From IMG/VR virus record IMGVR_UViG_3300033094_000132, positions 1 through 34,865 of that record: DNA of 34,865 bases, one strand, 5' to 3'. Made by a program: the position numbers and the translations under genes. Below are positions 1 to 8,036 of the stretch, in pieces. Source of the stretch: a virus. Taxonomy: Duplodnaviria > Caudoviricetes. The stretch's first letter is position 1; each line of letters opens with the position of its first letter. The notes beneath the pieces were generated by a model. It searched no databases and had not been told where the DNA came from. It saw only the letters and a list, made by a program, of their open reading frames with translations.

Positions 1-523
1 TTGATACCACACCATTGTCAATCAAAGGATAATAAACCCCAGTACCACTAATGTTATCCCAACTATTAGCAATGTTGGTCACGTTCCAAGTTTGGTCAGC
101 AATCCCAAAATCTAAGTCCTCAAGTTTGTAATTCCCGAGTGCAGTTATAAACCCACCAAGTTCTCCGAAAACTGCAACCTCATACTCAATGCTCTTGCCA
201 TCAATGATGATTTCAAGCATCCGCAAAACACCTTTAAAGATTTGTATTTTATCTACCAAGATGATACAAGGAACAGATTTGGTTGCGTTAAAGTTGTAAC
301 CCACGTTTGGTTCTGCTGAGTTATACTGATTTGATACCCCGAATTCAAATATATTACCGAATAGTTTATTGTTATTATCATTGCCAGGTAGTACGATTGT
401 TTTGCTAAATGATGTATTGCGGGTTGCAAAGTCTTGGATTTCATCAATTGCATAGGTAAACTCCGCAGAGATATTTTTCGTTAAATCAAGTTCATACCCA
501 TCAATGTATATCTCTGTCCTCAT
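1..523 (-). CDS. 5' part of a 677-aa tail structural protein (continues across the genome junction into 34865..33355)
   Basis: ATG at 523 overlaps the TGA of 520..1707 (ATGA). Reads MRTEIYIDGYELDL...YPLIDNGVVS with no stop to base 1. 523+1511 nt = 678 codons, in frame with the 33355..34824 ORF. Missed by the ORF track. Confidence 0.9.
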   Translation of the reverse strand, partial: MRTEIYIDGYELDLTKNISAEFTYAIDEIQDFATRNTSFSKTIVLPGNDNNNKLFGNIFEFGVSNQYNSAEPNVGYNFNATKSVPCIILVDKIQIFKGVLRMLEIIIDGKSIEYEVAVFGELGGFITALGNYKLEDLDFGIADQTWNVTNIANSWDNISGTGVYYPLIDNGVVS

Positions 524-1707
524 CGGAATTGACTATATTTTTTGTTCGCAATCTGCACATCAAGTTCAAGGTTAAACATCTTATCCGCTATCCTTTTCTT
601 TTCTTCCCAGTTGCTTGTCATTGTAACAATGGGATAGTAGTAACCACCTTGCTCAAAGTAAACTTCAGGGGATTGTATCAACTCTGCCAACCAGTTATAA
701 TCTGTTACATTTAAGTAATTACTTCGCAGTTTGTACATGGTTGAATGCTCTACAACATACTTAACTGCACCAGGGTTGATGATATTGGAATCGTTATAGG
801 TCCGCATTGCAGTAGCACCTGAATTGTACCGCCATTTATTGCCTTCGTATTGCTTTGATTCTACATTCCTTGATTCTTTATTAACCAACCTAAAGTGCAT
901 CGTATCATAACCACCTAATTGATTTAGGAAGTGCAATGCTATCGGTGAGTAATTAGGGTTACAAACAAGTTTAACTTTAGTTTCAGGACCAAAGGAAGTG
1001 CCATTATGCAACTTGATGCCATAGGAATAAGCCGTTGAAGGGATAACAGTTGATCCGTACCAACTATTAATGGCAGCAGGTGAGATGTCTAAAAGGCTAA
1101 AGGCATCTCTCGGGTCTGTTCCCGTTGTTACTGGACTTCCACTCGGTGTCCCATTCTCGTTATAAAGTTGGACTGATGGGTAAACATTTGTAGTTACTCC
1201 TGATGCAGTCATGTACCCAATGTGTAACTTATCGGTAAAAGCACATTCAACATTGCTCAAGTCCCTATTGGTCAGCCATTTATTGAGATATGACTTGAAA
1301 TAGGTAGGAGATTGTGCAGGGTTGTAAAAGTCAGGATAATAAAAGTTGAAAGCTACATAGGTTTGCTCAAGCAAGTTGGTGTACGTAACACCTCCGTACT
1401 CTTCCCCGTACTTTATGGTAAATTCCTTATATATGTTATTTGTTGTACCCGTGAATAGGTCTTGTAGTGTGCTTGGTGTAAAATAAGACTGAGTATAATT
1501 ACGCATAATGTTTCCTGCGTTGAATATCCCCTTTGTACTGCTCACATCAGGGAACTGCTTAATCCTTGCCACCAAAGTTGCATCAACGTAGATATCAAAG
1601 ACATACTTGAAATTGCTTGATGCTTTATTCGTAGAATCCACCACGAACCAAAGGTCATCGTGAAGTGATGCGTATTGCTCGGGTATTGAGTTAACTGTTA
1701 TTGCCAT
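520..1707 (-). CDS. Tail structural protein (possibly distal-tail/baseplate type)
   Basis: 395-aa ORF tightly coupled to its neighbours in the tail block; HFLNQLGGYD motif. Specific role inferred from position only. Confidence 0.6.
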   Translation of the reverse strand: MAITVNSIPEQYASLHDDLWFVVDSTNKASSNFKYVFDIYVDATLVARIKQFPDVSSTKGIFNAGNIMRNYTQSYFTPSTLQDLFTGTTNNIYKEFTIKYGEEYGGVTYTNLLEQTYVAFNFYYPDFYNPAQSPTYFKSYLNKWLTNRDLSNVECAFTDKLHIGYMTASGVTTNVYPSVQLYNENGTPSGSPVTTGTDPRDAFSLLDISPAAINSWYGSTVIPSTAYSYGIKLHNGTSFGPETKVKLVCNPNYSPIALHFLNQLGGYDTMHFRLVNKESRNVESKQYEGNKWRYNSGATAMRTYNDSNIINPGAVKYVVEHSTMYKLRSNYLNVTDYNWLAELIQSPEVYFEQGGYYYPIVTMTSNWEEKKRIADKMFNLELDVQIANKKYSQFR

Positions 1708-1709
1708 AA

Positions 1710-2402
1710 TTACTTGTTCTCATTGTTAATTAGCGTATTCGCTTGTTTTATGTACACTCTCACATCTGCCCCGACTGCTTTGCTCATCTTATCATAGAAC
1801 GCTTGATTAAATACTTGGTCTATGGCATTATCAAAAAACCCAGTCTTGGGTAACCCCCTTTGCTTAATCTTCCTTGCTATTAGATAGGCAGTTGTTCTCC
1901 CCGTGTTTAGTTGTGCAACCGATTTGCGTTTCTTTTGCAGTCCTGACAGATTAAACCTTTGGTCCTCCCTTCTTGATGATAATGCGTTCCGCTTTACCCA
2001 TTTCTGAATGGCAGTAACCATCGGTCCATTCATAGAAGGATAGGCAGACTTAAATGAGTAGGGTGAATTGGGTTGACCTGACTTGAACCCCTTTACCCCT
2101 TTGTTTACAAAGTCATAGTATCTTGCACCATCAGAACTTTGCGGATAACCAATATCAAGTGAATAAGATGAACCTTCCTTAATTAAGTTCCCCTGGGCAA
2201 TATCCGTGCTTAGAGTTCCCGTGTCTACCTTATTTGCCTTCTTTAGATTGTCTTGAACCCTTTTAATGAATATTGAGGCAAACCTTATAATAGTTCTTTC
2301 AACAAAAGGCAACTGCCCTAACTTTTGATAGTCCTCCTTGTTCGCTGCTTGGGATGCAATGATGGCATCATTAATAACTACATCCGTGTCAACCCTTGCC
2401 AT
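1710..2402 (-). CDS. Neck/tail-completion protein, HK97 gp10-like
   Basis: DTGTLS, FVNKGVKG and IARKIKQRGLPKTGFF motifs typical of gp10-like proteins. Confidence 0.55.
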   Translation of the reverse strand: MARVDTDVVINDAIIASQAANKEDYQKLGQLPFVERTIIRFASIFIKRVQDNLKKANKVDTGTLSTDIAQGNLIKEGSSYSLDIGYPQSSDGARYYDFVNKGVKGFKSGQPNSPYSFKSAYPSMNGPMVTAIQKWVKRNALSSRREDQRFNLSGLQKKRKSVAQLNTGRTTAYLIARKIKQRGLPKTGFFDNAIDQVFNQAFYDKMSKAVGADVRVYIKQANTLINNENK

Positions 2403-2670
2403 ATTGTTTCTTAATTAGTTCGTTATCGTGTTCCATCTTTGCTTTAAGGTAGGCAAGGTCATTAAGGAAGTTTATTGTAGGTAGGTCAAATGCTTGGTTA
2501 AGCGTGATGCCTTCAAAGTCGGCAACCAACTTGGTTTGATAAATCCATCCATAATGTTGCATAAAGCCTCCCATCCCTCTACCGCTTTCTTCTCCGTCAC
2601 TCCCCCCTCCATCATCTGCTTGACCAAATAATCCTTGGAATTCTTTATCCAAAGTCTGTAAACTTGATAA
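2389..2670 (-). CDS. -1 frameshift extension of the tail assembly chaperone (fusion ~253 aa)
   Basis: The -1 frame is open from the T9 run to TGA at 2389 (LSSLQTLDKEFQGLF...HYGWIY...) and fills the gap to the next gene. Confidence 0.65.
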   Translation of the reverse strand, partial: LSSLQTLDKEFQGLFGQADDGGGSDGEESGRGMGGFMQHYGWIYQTKLVADFEGITLNQAFDLPTINFLNDLAYLKAKMEHDNELIKKQYGKG

Positions 2671-3149
2671 AAAAAAACCACCGAACCGAGTACGTTTACA
2701 ATAGGTGCTTCAAGGATGTCTTGTGCATATTCAGAATGTTTACTTGCATCGTACTTGTCATCCTTCCAACCAAACCAAGTCTTTTTTTGAGGTATAACCA
2801 TACAAGCCATAATCTTATGCAGATTACCCATTACATCTGAACTGAAGTGCTTGGATTCAATATACCTCGCAGCAGGAATATTCCGTACATCGTAAATGCA
2901 CTTGTAAACCCTGCCGTTTACCTTTATAAAGTCTACTGCTTGGGGTTGGATTTCAGTATGTACAAATGAGATAGATTCAAGCAATGGACCGAGTTCTTTA
3001 ACGGGTAAAGAGTCAATCTGATGCTCAGTCATGTTCTTCAGAATAGAAGTAACCTTGATAGATAAATCAAGGTCAGTCATGTCCTTAGCATTAGCGTAAA
3101 GGTCATTGATTTGCTGATACTGAAATACTGTTACATTGGACCAAGTCAT
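2472..3149 (-). CDS. Tail assembly chaperone, frame-0 product (225 aa)
   Basis: Contains GTT TTT TTT slippery run at 2670-2678 followed by an open -1 frame, as in lambda G/GT-type chaperones. Confidence 0.65.
   Translation of the reverse strand: MTWSNVTVFQYQQINDLYANAKDMTDLDLSIKVTSILKNMTEHQIDSLPVKELGPLLESISFVHTEIQPQAVDFIKVNGRVYKCIYDVRNIPAARYIESKHFSSDVMGNLHKIMACMVIPQKKTWFGWKDDKYDASKHSEYAQDILEAPIVNVLGSVVFFYQVYRLWIKNSKDYLVKQMMEGGVTEKKAVEGWEALCNIMDGFIKPSWLPTLKASRLTKHLTYLQ
2670..2676 (-). promoter_or_regulatory. Programmed -1 ribosomal frameshift heptamer T TTT TTT
   Basis: X XXY YYZ pattern in frame 0; possible stimulatory hairpin CTTTGGA/TCCAAGG at 2633-2654. Confidence 0.65.
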
Positions 3150-3154
3150 ATTAC

Positions 3155-3161
3155 TAAATAG
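3155..3161 (-). promoter_or_regulatory. Candidate late promoter motif CTATTTA
   Basis: CTATTTAGTA, 5 nt before the first structural ATG (3149); same motif recurs before other structural genes. Confidence 0.5.
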
Positions 3162-3169
3162 TTTAAATG

Positions 3170-3418
3170 TGAAGTTATGTCTAAGTGAATATTTATCTAC
3201 TCCCGAACAAGGTTATGAGGGAAGTTGGTCAGAACAGAAGTTGCCCCCTACCCCCAATAGGAAACAACTACTGACCTCTACTCCGTCACATAGGTAATCG
3301 GGTTAGTCGGCTGAAAAGGGAAAAAGTTACATCCTTCTTTTCATTTAACAGATTTAAACTCCTTGAATTCAGAACTTTGAGAGGTAGTGGTCTACTTGCA
3401 GGTCAATCAAGTATGGGC
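3170..3418 (-). ncRNA. Candidate structured non-coding RNA
   Basis: No credible ORF. Stems TACTTG/CAAGTA, TGAAAAG/CTTTTCA, and GGTCAG/CTGACC enclosing AGTTGTTTCCTA/TAGGGGGCAACT. G-U pairs favour the minus strand. Confidence 0.5.
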
Positions 3419-3518
3419 AAAAGAAAACCCACACATTTCGCAGTTGTATGGGTTTAAAGTAAGCGGGTTGCTTAAATCAAACCCGAATAAATACTGCGAA
3501 TATCAATTCGGATTGACT
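3419..3518 (-). promoter_or_regulatory. Kissing-loop attenuator-like leader 1 (hairpin plus intrinsic terminator)
   Basis: Hairpin 3475-3518 with apical TTCGCAGT; terminator AAACCCATACA-ACTGCGAAA-TGTGTGGGTTT-TCTTTT; 8-bp complementarity between the two apices. Confidence 0.65.
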
Positions 3519-3521
3519 AAG

Positions 3522-3529
3522 CAAAAATA
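3522..3529 (-). promoter_or_regulatory. Bacteroidota sigma70 -7 box (TATTTTTG)
   Basis: Matches TAnnTTTG, lies just downstream of a terminator and just before leader hairpin 1. Confidence 0.6.
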
Positions 3530-3570
3530 CTAAATATTTTAGAAAACTAACTTTTTTAGTAAAATATTTT

Positions 3571-3596
3571 AAAAAAAAGGGAGGCGAACCTCCCTT
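3571..3596 (-). terminator. Intrinsic terminator
   Basis: AAGGGAGG-TTCG-CCTCCCTT followed by a T run, 10 nt after the 3607 stop. Confidence 0.9.
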
Positions 3597-3606
3597 CCTC
3601 ATTAAT

Positions 3607-3909
3607 TTAATGACCAGAACATTTTTTGCACGTTATTTGGTATTTTGTCATTTGCAAATTAGATGCACATCCACTTTTATATGATTGAGAACCGCAAGAA
3701 CTTGACAAAGATATTATGACATTTTCGCCATTGATATTTATATAAGAGGCACAAAACTTATGTATTTTTTTTCCATCAATGCCGATATATCCGTAAACAA
3801 TTTGTTCACCGCCTTGGTTTTGTTCAAGGTATTCAACAAAAGATTGTCCTTCAATTTTAGCAGAGATGATGTCTTTTCTGTTTCTCAATCTCAAATTTTG
3901 TGTGTTCAT
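3607..3909 (-). CDS. Hypothetical 100-aa protein with Cys-rich C-terminus, moron-like
   Basis: Start moved to ATG 3909 because the promoter lies inside the longer ORF. H..C..SCGS..C..TCKKC suggests Zn binding. Confidence 0.75.
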   Translation of the reverse strand: MNTQNLRLRNRKDIISAKIEGQSFVEYLEQNQGGEQIVYGYIGIDGKKIHKFCASYININGENVIISLSSSCGSQSYKSGCASNLQMTKYQITCKKCSGH

Positions 3910-3928
3910 GTTGTTGTGATTTGTTATA

Positions 3929-3936
3929 CAAATATA
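3929..3936 (-). promoter_or_regulatory. Bacteroidota sigma70 -7 box (TATATTTG)
   Basis: Exact TAnnTTTG with TTG upstream, 19 nt before ATG 3909. Confidence 0.7.
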
Positions 3937-4016
3937 CAAGCTAAATCAATACCAACATCTTTTTTCTCAATTATTTTAAAAAATATTTCACTCAAGTAGT
4001 TTCCCCCGCTTTCCCC

Positions 4017-5189
4017 CTACATGAAACTATACCTCCCACTGCCCACATTCTTCTGAAGGTGTTGCCAAGCAAGGGACAGACTGACCACGCAGTCATCATG
4101 GAATCCTTGAGGTGCTGAGTATTTTACCCCGTAGGAGGTGTACTGGTACTCAAATATCTCCAACTCATCTACAATAGGACCGATTGGGTAGGTTATCTTC
4201 CTTTGGTGTATTGCAGATGCAAGACCCTCCATAAGCATCTGCTTTGAGGTAGAACTGAACTTATATCCTTGCACATCTAACCCCTCCCGTTGCATATCCT
4301 CAAAGATAGGGTCACCTACACCCGTAGAATCCATCAGGATTGGTGCTTTTGGTAGATTGATGATATACTCCTTTGTCTGCCTCCAATCCCTTTGGAATCG
4401 TTCAAAATGGCAAACAGAACCATTCTTGTCTAACCCCGTTATAACTGTAAAGTCTACCGACTTGGCAAGGTCTATGCCATAACAAGCGACTGGTCCATTA
4501 GACATCGGGTAGATGCATTGCCGAATGAAAGCAGACCCAAAAGGGTTGGCAGCATTCTCGGCAGGGTTTGCCATGTACTCTTGCTCAAAGACCACCTCAG
4601 GCAGTTGCATCCTTGCAGAATCTACCTCACTTTTGTCAATGTATGGGTTATCATAGGTGCTGAACTTGAAACTTGCCCAATCTTCTTCACCTCCGTTTCC
4701 CTTCATAAAAAGAGAGTAAAAGTAGTTCTTACCCTTTGGGGTTGACAAAAACAATGCCTTGCCCTTGTAATCTGTTAGGGTAGGTCTGATGCTATTTAAC
4801 CACCCATCCTCAAGGTTAGGAATGAAAGATGCCTCATCTATAATACAAAGGTGAAACTTCAACCCTCGGAGATTATCCAACCTTTCACCCGTAAAGAATC
4901 GGATTGAACCACCCGTGATAAAGGTAATTACAAGGTCTGCCTCATTCTTTTTATAAATCTCATTGGGTAGCATATCAAGCAACTCCTGAAAGAATATCTT
5001 ACCGAGTTGATAGGTTGGAGTTATGTATGCAACCCTCTTACCCTCTATTGCTGATTCTAAGGCGATTGTCTGACTGATAAGGGACTTACCAAACCTTCGC
5101 CCTGCCATCATAACAATGAACCTTTTAGGGCATTCTATGACCTTTTTTTGGGCATCATGTGGATTATGTAGTTTTACCTCAACGGTCAC
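4017..5189 (-). CDS. terL: Terminase large subunit
   Basis: Walker A GRRFGKS, Walker B IIDEA, STPKG coupling motif, GIDLA and HDD nuclease residues. Confidence 0.95.
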   Translation of the reverse strand: MTVEVKLHNPHDAQKKVIECPKRFIVMMAGRRFGKSLISQTIALESAIEGKRVAYITPTYQLGKIFFQELLDMLPNEIYKKNEADLVITFITGGSIRFFTGERLDNLRGLKFHLCIIDEASFIPNLEDGWLNSIRPTLTDYKGKALFLSTPKGKNYFYSLFMKGNGGEEDWASFKFSTYDNPYIDKSEVDSARMQLPEVVFEQEYMANPAENAANPFGSAFIRQCIYPMSNGPVACYGIDLAKSVDFTVITGLDKNGSVCHFERFQRDWRQTKEYIINLPKAPILMDSTGVGDPIFEDMQREGLDVQGYKFSSTSKQMLMEGLASAIHQRKITYPIGPIVDELEIFEYQYTSYGVKYSAPQGFHDDCVVSLSLAWQHLQKNVGSGRYSFM

Positions 5190-5607
5190 GAGTGATTTTT
5201 ATTTCAGACACCTCATGCTTATTCTCGGTTTTCTCTACCAAGTTGTTCAATCTTTGGGTTATGCTCGGGTTATAAATACCTGCCATACCCCCTCTGATTT
5301 GGTCTTGCCTGATTGTTTCCTTTATACGCGAACAGATGAGTGAAAATTCTTCGTATGCTCCATTTTGATTCTTAAAATAATCATGCACTGACCTTGCTAT
5401 TCCATTATTGAAACACCAAATAGAAAAGCCTTCCATCGTCAAAGGTGCTTCCTTTTCTCTTATTACTTGCTTTGCCATTCCTCCTACCCAGTCCTTCACC
5501 TTAATGGGGTTACTCTTTTCATATTCTACATATTGCAGAAATAAGTCAAGCATTATTTCGGGGGTATCTATTTTTCTTGGTCTTCCAACCTTATTGCTCT
5601 TTGCCAT
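5179..5607 (-). CDS. terS: Terminase small subunit, P22 gp3-like
   Basis: GRPRK, PLTMEGF and GIYNPSITQRL motifs; overlaps terL start. Confidence 0.85.
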   Translation of the reverse strand: MAKSNKVGRPRKIDTPEIMLDLFLQYVEYEKSNPIKVKDWVGGMAKQVIREKEAPLTMEGFSIWCFNNGIARSVHDYFKNQNGAYEEFSLICSRIKETIRQDQIRGGMAGIYNPSITQRLNNLVEKTENKHEVSEIKITRDR

Positions 5608-5608
5608 T

Positions 5609-6280
5609 TTACTTTAATTTAGTTAATACACGATTATGTACAAGGTTCAGTTCATGCTTCCAATACTCTGTACTCCCTTCCCTTGGGAGAACCTCATCTA
5701 CTGCTACTGACACCGATTGAATACCTTGAAAGTAACCCCAAGGCATCGGGATTGCATTATTGCAGTCATCTATGACAAGTGTACCACCTACTTTGAGGAT
5801 AGGAAGGTAGTGAGTTAGGTCTGACTTTACTACCTCATAAGTATGTCCTCCATCAATGTAAAGGACATCAGGAGGATTCTGTGAGGCTAACTTGATTGCA
5901 TTGGGGTTGGTTGAATCTAAACGGATTAATTCATAATCATCAGGAATATTGAACACATCGTGCAGTCTTATTATGTCTGCTTCGTAGTCACTTTCCCAAT
6001 GCCCATCAGAAGTATCAAGAGGGGTTATTCCTATTCGCCTTACCTTCTTGCCATGCCGTTCTGCCAGTAGGCTGACAATTGCAAGTATCTGCCCTCTGAA
6101 CACCCCGATTTCCATAAAGGTAAACTCATCAGGCATCTTTGCGACTATGTCATTCCACATCCAAAGGAAACATCTTTCTCCGAATCCGAATGCGTTTGCT
6201 TCTATCCAGTCCCTATATGCTTTAAGTTCTTTATCGGCATTCACCTTGTCGGTGTAATCCTTAACCAGTTCATCCATCAT
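5609..6280 (-). CDS. Class I SAM-dependent methyltransferase (Methyltransf_24-like)
   Basis: EIGVFRG, LYIDGGHTYE and LKVGGTLVIDD motifs. Confidence 0.85.
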   Translation of the reverse strand: MMDELVKDYTDKVNADKELKAYRDWIEANAFGFGERCFLWMWNDIVAKMPDEFTFMEIGVFRGQILAIVSLLAERHGKKVRRIGITPLDTSDGHWESDYEADIIRLHDVFNIPDDYELIRLDSTNPNAIKLASQNPPDVLYIDGGHTYEVVKSDLTHYLPILKVGGTLVIDDCNNAIPMPWGYFQGIQSVSVAVDEVLPREGSTEYWKHELNLVHNRVLTKLK

Positions 6281-6897
6281 AGTTGATAAAATTTAGTCAT
6301 GTCGGTCTTTCCGTTTCCGTGAATAAACATAGGGAAGGTATGGGTTTTATTGTTATACAATCTATTGTACGTTAAAGTAAAGTCACCTTCAACCTCAAAA
6401 GCAACCGATTGAAAGATGTTGCAGTAATCAAGTCCAATCTTGTCAGGCATAGCAAGGTACCGGTCCGTGTACCATCTTTGGTCATCATCCTCAAACCTCG
6501 GAGGATTGCTATTGTAAACATTAATAAACTGTTCCTTTGTGCCGTATATCTGCCCACTGTTAAGAAACTTCCACTCATGATTAACTACTGGGAACATTCC
6601 CATCTTATGCGTGTCGGGGTAACATCCTTTCTCAGATGATACTATCATTGAATAGTTCTTCTTTTTAAACTTGAACTCATGCGGACTTGCGATACAGTAA
6701 TTATCGTAAGCATCAAGGTACATGAACTCATCAATATCGGTTGAGCAAAGGTATTCATAAAGTCCGATTACCTTAGTACCAAACCCTTTCCATTCCCTTA
6801 CGATTGGGTGATATGCCCATCCGTGTTGCTTGAGGGATTCTTCAAACTTTAACCAACCTGCATGATTAGGATTGTCAAGCGATACGATTACTTTCAT
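6277..6897 (-). CDS. Glycosyltransferase resembling the PLOD/LH3 N-terminal GT domain
   Basis: DAYD, SEKGCYPD, FLNSG, DDDQRWYT, IFQS and HGNGK match the ordered motifs of the PLOD GT domain. Confidence 0.8.
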   Translation of the reverse strand: MKVIVSLDNPNHAGWLKFEESLKQHGWAYHPIVREWKGFGTKVIGLYEYLCSTDIDEFMYLDAYDNYCIASPHEFKFKKKNYSMIVSSEKGCYPDTHKMGMFPVVNHEWKFLNSGQIYGTKEQFINVYNSNPPRFEDDDQRWYTDRYLAMPDKIGLDYCNIFQSVAFEVEGDFTLTYNRLYNNKTHTFPMFIHGNGKTDMTKFYQL

Positions 6898-7676
6898 TGG
6901 AATGGGTTATAATATATTGGTCTTGTCCCATGATAGTATTCATGAGTTATCTGTATTACCCTTTGGGTTACCTCTGAACTGTGTTTCTCCTTCCAAGACT
7001 GGTACTCTGTTTCTCCCTTGTCAATGTGGTCTATCTCAATGTGAGGCAAGAATACGTTCCACATCCCTGCAACTGTGGACCTATGACTTGCAAGGACATC
7101 ATCATAACCATATAGGCAAGGTTGGTAAAGGTAGCCTATTTTGTCCAACAATGCTGATGAGTACATTTGGCAAGTCCCTATAATGTGATGACACTTCTCA
7201 ACGATTATCCATCTTTGTCCTGCCATGTGTGGAATCATTAACAATTCACTTCTCCAATCAGGCAAGGCGTGATTCGGTTCTTCCCAACAATCTTTTCGTT
7301 TTAACCCAATAATCCCTATTCTTGGTTCACGTTCAATTGCCTCAACCATTTCCTTAACCCAAGAATCAGAATAGATTACAACATCATTATCCATCTTTAT
7401 GCAATACTGCCCAGGTACTCTGTACTTCCAAGCAAGATTAACCGCCTCGGCAGTTCCTATGTTGTGTTCATTGGTAATTACATTAATGTACCCATCATCT
7501 GCATATATTTTAAGGATGTCCTTTGTTGCTTGGCAAGAGTTGTTATCTACTACCCAAAAGTCATGGTTCTCAAAAATGTCTGTAATAAATATACTATCAA
7601 GGACTTGCTTTGTTAGTTCAGTCCTCTTATTTTCCTCCGTATCATGCACCGCCATTGCTATTAATACTTTGTCCAT
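6894..7676 (-). CDS. GT2-family (GT-A) glycosyltransferase
   Basis: VVDNNS, NIGTAEAVN, KMDNDV (DxD) and YGYDD motifs. Confidence 0.85.
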   Translation of the reverse strand: MDKVLIAMAVHDTEENKRTELTKQVLDSIFITDIFENHDFWVVDNNSCQATKDILKIYADDGYINVITNEHNIGTAEAVNLAWKYRVPGQYCIKMDNDVVIYSDSWVKEMVEAIEREPRIGIIGLKRKDCWEEPNHALPDWRSELLMIPHMAGQRWIIVEKCHHIIGTCQMYSSALLDKIGYLYQPCLYGYDDVLASHRSTVAGMWNVFLPHIEIDHIDKGETEYQSWKEKHSSEVTQRVIQITHEYYHGTRPIYYNPFQ

Positions 7677-7677
7677 T

Positions 7678-7797
7678 TTATTTATTTATAGTTCCACAAT
7701 GACCGCACTTGCTTTCCTTTGCCTTTGATTTGATGATTGTAATGGTGTACTTCTTGTGGCAATTTTTACACGTTACCCACTTTGCTTGGTATTTCAT
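7678..7797 (-). CDS. 39-aa zinc-ribbon protein
   Basis: MKYQAKWVTCKNCHKKY...KCGHCGTINK; ATGA overlap; fills a gap; below ORF-track cutoff. Confidence 0.7.
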   Translation of the reverse strand: MKYQAKWVTCKNCHKKYTITIIKSKAKESKCGHCGTINK

Positions 7798-8036
7798 ATT
7801 ACAAGTTTATCTATGTCTATGTTATGCTCTTTAAGTATTTCCCAAAACTTTTCATATACTAAATTTATTGCTTCATAAGCATCAAGGTCTTTTGCTTCTG
7901 CTTCATTCTTCAAACCCTTCTTTGTATTGTAAATAAATTCATGAATGGCACTGCATAACTCAGTAGACTGAACACATCTAAGATGCTCTATCTTATCATC
8001 GTAATCATCAAGGTTAAAGTGTAACTCTGCTTTCAT
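7794..8036 (-). CDS. Hypothetical protein
   Basis: 80-aa ORF with ATGA coupling at both ends. Confidence 0.75.
   Translation of the reverse strand: MKAELHFNLDDYDDKIEHLRCVQSTELCSAIHEFIYNTKKGLKNEAEAKDLDAYEAINLVYEKFWEILKEHNIDIDKLVI

Noticed and set aside
7154-7160. CTGATGA hammerhead core
   Set aside because: No stem II followed by GAAA; lies antisense within the GT2 gene.
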